Shown in pieces: positions 25,124 to 32,958 of a stretch of 32,958 nt of DNA (positions are counted from its first letter, which is position 1; every line of letters begins with the position of its first letter). The notes below the pieces were generated by a model. The model made no database searches. It saw nothing but the letters and a program-made list of their open reading frames with translations, and was not told the origin of the DNA. A program made the position numbers and the translations under genes. This DNA is from Catajapyx aquilonaris (Eukaryota), in contig JYFJ02000248.1 of NCBI GenBank assembly GCA_000934665.2, forward strand, positions 124,001-156,958. The letters are read 5' to 3'.

Positions 25124-25153
25124 CGGTAACCTTTCACTCCAACAATTCCCCAT
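25124..25153 (-). CDS. Ankyrin-repeat protein, probable first coding segment MGNCWSERLP (protein about 202 aa)
   Basis: aaaATGG context, donor CCG|GTACGT, 58-nt phase-0 intron. The frame is also open further upstream, so the start is uncertain. Confidence 0.6.
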
Positions 25154-26739
25154 TTTTGCATGTGGAAGGATTTCAATTGCTTCTGGACTGACGTCTTGCA
25201 CTGACATGCATGAAGTGATTGCAGTGTGACCAGTAACATGAGTGTGAAAGGGGGAGCGGGGAATTACGCAAGCAGCGCATTCCAGTGCAATGAAGGTGGA
25301 GCAAGTCTTCCGGCGTTGACAAGTTTCAGTTGCTTCGTACCAGTAATAAGTGAAAACTAATCAATTACTTCAATGGCCACTTAACATTTATCACTTTTTA
25401 TGTTAATGTTACAAGAGCCTCACATGATGATGTCATCTGATAAGAGACAGCTGCAGTGCTTGAGGTGCTTGTAAAACTAGTGGCAACAAGTAGTATCCTT
25501 GAAACGGCTGGAATAGACAGATTAGTTTAGAGGAAGTATTCTTCAGCAGCAGATAAGGGATGCCTACTCCCTTGCTGCTTACCATGGACATTTTCTACAA
25601 TAGACCCTTTCTGAAGTAATACTAATATGCAGCACCCAACAAAACACTGTAGAACGCAACAAAACCTGTAAAAAAAACTGCATTGTACAGTACAAACCCA
25701 GTACAAGCCATGTTCCCATTGCTCCAATTAGTCAGAGGAGCAAACATGCACCTTGTTAAATTCCTTAAGCCCCAATTCCATGCATTTAATTTTCCAAATG
25801 TAACCTGACACTACCCTGTGACTGGAACAGGCCAACAACCCAGCTTCATAATGTGGGGTCGTGCTGAGTCCATTGTCGACTCCTCTTGGCCCTGAGGATG
25901 CGGCACAACCTCGGCAGCAAACCTGGGAGCTGATCTGGTCTCAGAGAAGCCTCAAAGTGTTTGGAAAATCAAACCACAACTCACCAGAAGTGGACTGATG
26001 CCAGACTGGTACCAGAGATCTTCTTTACACATTGGTGATCTATGCTGGTCGGGTTCTAGTTGAACATCCAGGAGATGACTACTGAATTATTCAAAGAGAT
26101 TTAGAGCGATTATATTTGCAGATAATAATTTAGTTTAATCCAAAATAATACGCAATGCAATTAAAAAGTGAATTATTAACTGAACCTTGTCTGGCGATTC
26201 CAAGATGGCAAGGCTGGAGATTAGGGAAAATGGTTGTGGAAGGTCGTTCCCTTCATTTTTGTTGCGGGTGTGTTCATTTGTGTGGTTTACTTGTGTGACT
26301 CGGAGATGACCCCATCATTATTGCCTGATCTTGACCTTGTCAGCCATGGTATAGGTTCGTTCGTTCATTCATTTCTTCACAGCATTGGTCAACCACACAC
26401 AACCGTTACTCAAATACAGTGTATAGTCCAAATGGTTCACTTTAATATGGCCAAAGTAGAAAACACAAAATGGAACAAAATTCGACAAAACCATCCTTTC
26501 AAGACTTAACCTAGAAGAGGATAAGAATCTATTACAAATCAAGTGAAGCTCTACCTTCACACATTTTTGTCACATTCATGACGTAGCTCTGGGTTGGGTG
26601 TCCCGCAAGTCTGGATCCATAGTATTTTCCTATTACACAGTGTTGAACTGCTATGGGTCCTGACTTGCAGGACACCCTGTATTTATTTCTCTGTACTCGC
26701 ATGAACAAAATGTTGTTATAGAGCATCTGCGTAGGTTCC

Positions 26740-26792
26740 TAACAGCTAAAGCAACCTCCATATCATGTTTATAGAGGTTGCTTTAGCTGTTA
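26740..26792. repeat. 53-bp palindrome (19-bp perfect inverted repeat), possible TA-flanked micro-MITE
   Basis: taacagctaaagcaacctc ... gaggttgctttagctgtta. Confidence 0.85.
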
Positions 26793-27682
26793 CCGAACCC
26801 TTGCTCCGTGAACCCGATATCATCGGAACCACTCCGGAGCAGTAGGGCTGGGTCCGGACCGAGCACAGCCAAGGTCGGAGCGAGTCTGGAGTTTGGCTGG
26901 GAGCTTGCCAGCTTGCTCCGGAGCATGGTTCAGCCCAACGCCTCTGGAGTTGAACCCAGTTCCGGAGAGGGGTTCAGAGCGGTTCAGAGCTTGGTTAGGT
27001 CCAACATACCAACACAACGGGGGGAAAGGCAGAAAAACCGCTGGATTTACTCCAGCATATGTCATGTTTTCATGGTGCCAGAATGACATTTCCAAGCACC
27101 CGCGATACAGGGTGTACCGCAAATGTCACATTTTTATGTCATACGCATTTTTGTATGTTACTATATGTCATACCCATTTTTCTGGATGTCACATTTTCAT
27201 GGCATATAGATTTTTTGTATGTTACAATATCATATTGTAGCATACAAAAAATGCGTATGACATAAAATGTGACATACAACAAATGCGTATGACATAAAAA
27301 TGCGACATTATTTTGCAGTACACTCTGTATCGCAGGTGCTTGGAAATGTCATTCTGGCACCATGAAAACATGATGCATATGCTGGAGTAAATCCAGCGGT
27401 TTTTCAGCCTTTCCCCTCGTTGCGTTGTTATGTTGGACCTAACCAAGCTCCGAACCGCTCCGAACCCCCCTCCGGAACTGGGTTCAACTGCGGAGGCGTT
27501 GGCCCGAACCATGCTCCCAGCCAAAGTCCGGACCCACTGCGACCTTGTCTCCACTCTCCCCCGAACCGGCTCGAACCCGAACCAAGTTCCGACGCTCGCT
27601 CCGGACCCGGCTCTACTTCTCCGGAGTGGCTCCGATGTTATCGGGTTCACGGAGCAAGGGTTCGGTTCGGTTCACAACCCTG
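26793..27682. mobile_element. Foldback/long-TIR non-autonomous DNA transposon (hAT-like right end)
   Basis: Arms 26792-27230 and 27232-27666 are inverted copies centred on 27231. The right terminus reads CAGGGTTGTGAACCGAACCGAACC on the - strand; inner AT-rich subrepeats; no coding capacity. Confidence 0.85.
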
Positions 27683-27786
27683 CAAAAAGGACCCCAATAC
27701 CTGGAATACACTGTACAGCTGCATTTATATTGTTGAAGTTCACTGGCAATGCAATTATATCTCAGGTTCCCATCATTTAAATCCAG

Positions 27787-29277
27787 TTAAATAAAGTGAG
27801 GATCAAATACATTTGAACCATTGATAAAGAAATGCATATCATATTTCTGAAGCTGATTAGACAATTCATGGATATGGTCAGGTGAAAGAATCAGCTCACT
27901 ACCACGCAAGTGAACCCTTTTCAAATACTCTCCACATGAATCCAAAATGATTGGAATCACTTCCCTTTTTATTCTGTCGTCATGCACCTGCAGTTCACGC
28001 AACTCCTTCAGATTGGCATTACAGAGAAGTTCGTAAACAGAGGATTCGACAGATGTGTTTGACACATGAAGACTCTTCAATTGGCTACAGAAGGGAATGA
28101 GACACCTCACTTGTGGCAATGGCACATTGCGAATATGCAACTGTTCTAGTGCTTCAGATCCAGCATGTGGCATTTTAAATGGAAGAGAATGTGCGATGTA
28201 TTCACCATCAGATAGATAAAGAGACTTTAGGTTTGGAAAAATCTGCCTGATTACTGCCACATTAATGCCAGTGCACAGAGTTAGGGTCAGACACTCGAGA
28301 TTTGGATATGACACATTCATGTTTTGTCTGAAGAGAGAATCAAGGCCAGTAACATAGTACAATTCTAAATGCTTCAGACCAAACATGCATTTGTCCATCA
28401 CGTAAAGAAGGTTTAAAGATGTCCTGTTACATATTGTTAAGCTCTTCAGGTAGACTAGTTCACCAATCCAATTTACATGCACATTTTTTTCCAGAAGGGT
28501 CAGCTTCTCAAGGTATGGAAAATGGGTCACAACCTTTTGCACAGAACTAATGTCGCATACATGCAGCTCATCTATAAAATCCTTCAACCGATAAGCACGT
28601 GTGCACAGTGGAAGAACTTTCCCGATACAATCGGTCTTCATGTGCAATACCTCCAAATTGGGAAGATGGTCAAGCAGGTGTATTGCTACTTCAGGAGTCA
28701 TATAAGAAGCAAAAATTCTCTTCAGATTCTTGCAGTTTGAGAGAGGTGCTAATGTGGATTGCATTCCATCATAAATACCGATACCATCTATTTCAATATC
28801 TTCCAAGATCGGACAGTTTTCAATAAATTGTTCCAAGACCTGTGGATTGGCACCTAATAAAACCTTAACTGAGAGCAGGTTGGTCATTTTGGGGAAGATA
28901 TAATCTTTCCATTCCTCACTTAGCCATAACTCAATCCCAATTTTGATCAAATCTCTCATGACATGAAGACCCCACAATATCTCCTCAGCGATCTCCACTG
29001 TAGACGAACCAGAAAAGTCCCATTCATCCCTTTCGTTAATCATGGTACACTTGGGATGAAAAGCACTAGTAATGTCAAAGTAATACCTCTTTCTCGAATA
29101 CAGCTGAATGACCTCATTGACATATTCGTTTGCAAATGTATATGGGATCTCCTGAACATACTGACGGATCTCCTCTGCTTGTTCTTCATCAGTTTCTTTG
29201 CACCAGTCCAGTATGAAGTTGGCCAAAGCGTGCAGGCTTGAGGCACGGAGAGTGAGAGGTTGCCTTCTCCTTGGCAT
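27787..29277 (-). CDS. Leucine-rich repeat (RNI/F-box-LRR-like) protein, 496 aa, single coding exon
   Basis: Long ORF with LxxLxL repeats (LPNLEVLHM, FPYLEKLTL, FPNLKSLYLS, CSQLKSLHVS); acceptor cttgcag at 29281 just before ATG 29277. Confidence 0.88.
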   Translation of the reverse strand: MPRRRQPLTLRASSLHALANFILDWCKETDEEQAEEIRQYVQEIPYTFANEYVNEVIQLYSRKRYYFDITSAFHPKCTMINERDEWDFSGSSTVEIAEEILWGLHVMRDLIKIGIELWLSEEWKDYIFPKMTNLLSVKVLLGANPQVLEQFIENCPILEDIEIDGIGIYDGMQSTLAPLSNCKNLKRIFASYMTPEVAIHLLDHLPNLEVLHMKTDCIGKVLPLCTRAYRLKDFIDELHVCDISSVQKVVTHFPYLEKLTLLEKNVHVNWIGELVYLKSLTICNRTSLNLLYVMDKCMFGLKHLELYYVTGLDSLFRQNMNVSYPNLECLTLTLCTGINVAVIRQIFPNLKSLYLSDGEYIAHSLPFKMPHAGSEALEQLHIRNVPLPQVRCLIPFCSQLKSLHVSNTSVESSVYELLCNANLKELRELQVHDDRIKREVIPIILDSCGEYLKRVHLRGSELILSPDHIHELSNQLQKYDMHFFINGSNVFDPHFI

Positions 29278-29972
29278 GATCTGCAAGATGAATGACATGA
29301 TTCAGAATGCTTTTTTGAAAATAATTACATGCGACTGACCAAGGTGGATCTGAGACAGTCTACGCCCGGATTGACTTGCCTGAGACTTGGGAGATACGTG
29401 CTTAATTGTGTCCACCCAGTCACTTCCAAATGTTGCTGCTGCAGGTCACAGGGCCTGGTGAGAGGTCGGAGGATCCTCACCCTGTGTGCAGATGGTGTGG
29501 AGACATGATAATAGCAAAGGCGAAGAGACGAAGGAACAGAACGAGAAGTATTCCAGCCGTTGTCTCCCTTGGTACAGGTGCTTCTCTACCCTCCCACCAC
29601 CTGTCCCTCGAGGATACACACTAGTGCCACACCTGATTCAAGCCAAATTTGAAATTGAGTTACCTGCAACAGAGACGAAGAGTCAAATCACAGAAACTGG
29701 TACATGGGATAGGTTTCTCTAAAGCACACTTATAATGTCATTGCTGTACTTGGTTACTACACTTACTGTGTACTACATTACCATCAGGTCTCTACCTCTT
29801 GGTTGTGAAAACATTGCTCAACATTGTACAGTACAATAAAATACTGAATGCATAATTTATATCTAGGAACAAAGGGAAGCTTGTTGACTTGTTGCCAAAG
29901 TCAGTGTAGCATTTATTATTATTCTTATTATTATTACAGTGAATCCGGATAATTATAACAGAAGATGTGTAC

Positions 29973-30053
29973 CTTCAGCGACCTTCAGGCTCCTTCGCTT
30001 CTTCTGTGTGTCGCACGTTCTAAAAGAATCCGCCATCTTGCTAATCACGTGAC
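29973..30053 (-). promoter_or_regulatory. Promoter and first non-coding exon of the LRR gene
   Basis: E-box TCACGTGAC 30045-30053, YY1-type CAAGATGGCG 30031-30040, donor AAG|GTACAC at 29972; further UTR exons at 29481-29663 and ending at 29340. Confidence 0.6.
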
Positions 30054-30831
30054 GGGAAACAGCGTTGACAGGCCAAAATTAAATTAACGCTCTCACTTAA
30101 ATCCTCACTCCGCCTGTGGTTCAGAATATTTAAACGTCATGTTTAATAATTTTAAAAAACTACTGCATTCCAGGCAGTGATCCAAAAATATAGCTCCTGC
30201 TCCTTCTGCTGGTAACTCAGGCTCATATGCACCCTGCTCCCGCCTTTTTTTTCGACTTCTTTACCTGACGAGCTGGGCCAAGAGAGATCAAATCTGGATC
30301 AAATTCAATTACTTATTCAACACAAAAGTTGGGTGGTTTATTTTTGCAAACACCACGGGCTTCATAATATATTCATGCCATATCCCAATTTCTCATCCTG
30401 ACCTCAGATCAGGTGCGTGTCCTGGAGAGTCCTTGAACTCATACTACTGTAGTAGTGAACCCATTGCCAAACCTTAGCATTGTTGAAAATTTGAACAGCC
30501 TGTTATTTGCTACCCTTTAAAAAGTGCATTACCTTACGGGACCGTATGATCCACATCCATCCACAGAAAGGACATCGTGCATACCCAGGTGACAAAGGCA
30601 CTGGAGATGTTGAACCCAAACAATACCAGCATCAGCCATGTATCGATGAGTCTGGAAAAAAACGCCATTTCCTGAAAATATGGTGAATGCAAAAGTGTAT
30701 CACTGGTACATTATGAACACAATAATTATTCTTATGGGCATATTTCTTCATATTTTCAAAGTTATCCGTCCATTGTCACCTAACCCCATTACGTAAAATA
30801 AACCAGCGAACCGCAAGCAAAACAACATTGT

Positions 30832-30834
<3 letters not shown>

Positions 30835-30919
<85 letters not shown>
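30835..30919. repeat. (AAT)n microsatellite, about 28 units, forming the SINE 3' tail
   Basis: Visible directly; lies inside the TSD pair. Confidence 0.97.
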
Positions 30920-31202
30920 TCATACCCCATTGAAGCAGTTCTGGCTTTTTAGGGGGGAGATTTGTTTTTTTTTGGCTGGAACTCTTGTAAACTTTATTTC
31001 CCTTTTTGGGACGGGATAGGGATGGAAGGAAGCGGCTGTGGCCTATTAACTAGGAAACAACTCCGGTATTCACCTGGAGGAACCGTGGGAAACCACAGAA
31101 AACCACGGTCAGAGTTGCCGGCACCGGGATTCGAACCTCGAACCCAGGACCTCCCGATTAGCAGGCGGACTCCATATCCACTACACCAACCTGCTTCGGT
31201 GG
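30835..31202 (-). mobile_element. Full-length tRNA-derived SINE with (ATT)n tail
   Basis: A box TGGTGTAGTGG, B box GGTTCGAATCCC, core ggttttctgtggtttccc...ccaggtgaataccgg...aggccacagccgcttccttcc; 12-bp TSD caacattgtatt at 30823-30834 and 31203-31214. Confidence 0.92.
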
Positions 31203-32958
31203 CAACATTGTATTTCGTGGCTTGTGGCAAAATCTTTCTATACTTTACGAAATAAATAAGCAGGGCCAGAGTCATGGCAAATTCAACCTGAATACTTACT
31301 CAATTAATTGTGGCGGAATTAAGACGATAACCCTGCTGTGTGACGTGTGTTTAAAAAATGAAAGCAGTAAAGATCTCTGTGGTTGTATACTTGCGTAAAA
31401 TGGAGGGAATGATGGGCAGAAATCGTTCCTTGGGAGTGTTTCGCTGAGCTGCCAACTGCAATTTGTATAAACAAAGTCAAATATTAGGTTTCAAATAAAA
31501 ACTCGGCGGCATTGGAAGTGCAAATTCAGTTGCGCTGCAGAATAATTTATTACATCCGAGTAGAAACCTGTAATAAACTGATATTACTTACGGATTTTTA
31601 TTTAAAAACTTTGCGAAAGAAAAATCGTTAAACCAGAATCAAGCAGGTTTTCACGTGCATTTCCACAGTATAGCCTACTGATGATACAATCCCATTTACA
31701 TAATATGGTGCCAAAAAATTCAATACTTTTGGAATCCGTTTGTAAGTATTGGTACTGTACATAATTATTTTATTCTACAAGGCCAAGATCTATACAGTTT
31801 CAGAAAATGAAAAGCAGAACATCCTATCTTTATACTAGAAACCAAACAGCAGCTTTTTAAAATAATAATAAAAAACATAACCGTAACGATGCATATACAC
31901 TCCAAAGAAAGCGAATGTTGATTCAGTAGCAATAATAGAGTAACACGAATAAATAAATATTATTCAAAACTTCACACAGTATAGTGCGTGTAAGTCATTA
32001 TTGTCAGTAATTGCATATAGCACCCAAGGTATTATTCCAGAACAATGCACACTGCAACATGACGACCTGTCAATGTACGATATAGTCTATACGACAACGT
32101 AATAACGCCTCAGTGCATTTTTAACGCACATCCCTCGATTACATTATAAATGAGATCAAACGTGCATAACGCAGCGGATAATCCATGCATTACTCAGTTC
32201 TTATCAAAATGTCAAGGTCGAGAAAAATGAAAACCACGAAAAAAAATTCACACGCTATGCTCATCCTCCTGTAAAATAGTATCTACGTGCATACATGTCC
32301 ATCACTTGATCCTCCAACAGAAGCATTTAGTGGTGGCATCAGACGGTGAAAATGATTTCACAGACAAGAATCCGTTTCAGGGCGTCCATGTCTTCATATT
32401 TCCGATTGGGAAGGAGCCAAACAGGTGGAAAATATTACACGCCCTCATTTCACGCTTGTCTGAATCCTCATGTGAAAGACGGGGCAGGTCTGCCGTGCGT
32501 TTTTAGCAAATCTCTCCCCCCTCGACTGTTGGAGACGGTTCCAACATGTCTCTATGCAACCTACACGGGCGTTTAGACCCAGAAAAAACATTACTCCCTG
32601 TCTCAAATGTTGTCACGGGAGGCAATATTATTTTTACGTTCACGACCGTGTTGAAGGAACGATAATTTGCTCAGAGACTGCGAAACGATACCTGAAATAA
32701 AATGTTCAATATAACGCCATCCTTTTGTCACATGCAGGACATTCAACTATAGTTCACATAATAAATCTTACATAATAAAGGAGAAGGTTTGTCCGTATGC
32801 CCGGGCTACCTAACCCACTTCTGGACTACTGAGATTGTTGGAATTATCAGGTTGATTGAGGAAAAAGTCCGAAAACTGCACGTGTAAATATGTAAATGAT
32901 GATGATACCTTCACCCTCCGGAAGAAATAAACTGCTCCATGTATTTCTTCAACTTGCC

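Noticed and set aside
25493..25501. U12-type donor GTATCCTT
   Set aside because: On the + strand, where no gene is evident; likely chance
27120..27310. CRISPR-like repeat array
   Set aside because: Degenerate subrepeats without unique spacers, inside a eukaryotic transposon, no cas genes
26808..27794. Paired similar ORFs (MNPISSEPLR / MNPITSEPLR) suggesting a gene duplication
   Set aside because: Mirror-image readings of the foldback arms; no transposase or other domain
30748..31275. Poly-Ile ORF and ORFs overlapping the SINE
   Set aside because: Arise from the repeat tail and SINE sequence

Overview
Eukaryotic, arthropod-like genomic DNA with short spliceosomal introns, SINEs and MITEs; no prokaryotic system or CRISPR array. 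The + strand has one 3-exon gene for a secreted Pro/Gln-rich, cuticle-like protein (5630..11386, about 849 aa), with a TATA/Inr promoter and a 36-nt first coding exon. The - strand has a tight co-oriented cluster: an LRR protein with an N-terminal BC-box-like motif (27787..29277), a small ankyrin-repeat protein starting MGNCWS (24487..25153), COP9 signalosome subunit 1 (20885..23621, 8 exons) and TFIIF large subunit RAP74 (16718..20087, 5 exons). Mobile DNA includes two full-length tRNA-derived SINEs with target-site duplications and similar 3' tails, pogo/Tigger-like MITEs, and an ~890-bp foldback element. The most unusual signals are: (1) an ~435-bp-arm palindrome just downstream of the LRR stop; (2) a chain of apparently non-coding exons that may link the LRR and ankyrin ORFs in one transcript; (3) a GC-AG first intron in RAP74 made mostly of an (AAT)n microsatellite; (4) an ankyrin stop codon that sits exactly at a splice donor. 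All gene models were built by eye from splice signals, phase and remembered homology; no searches were run.
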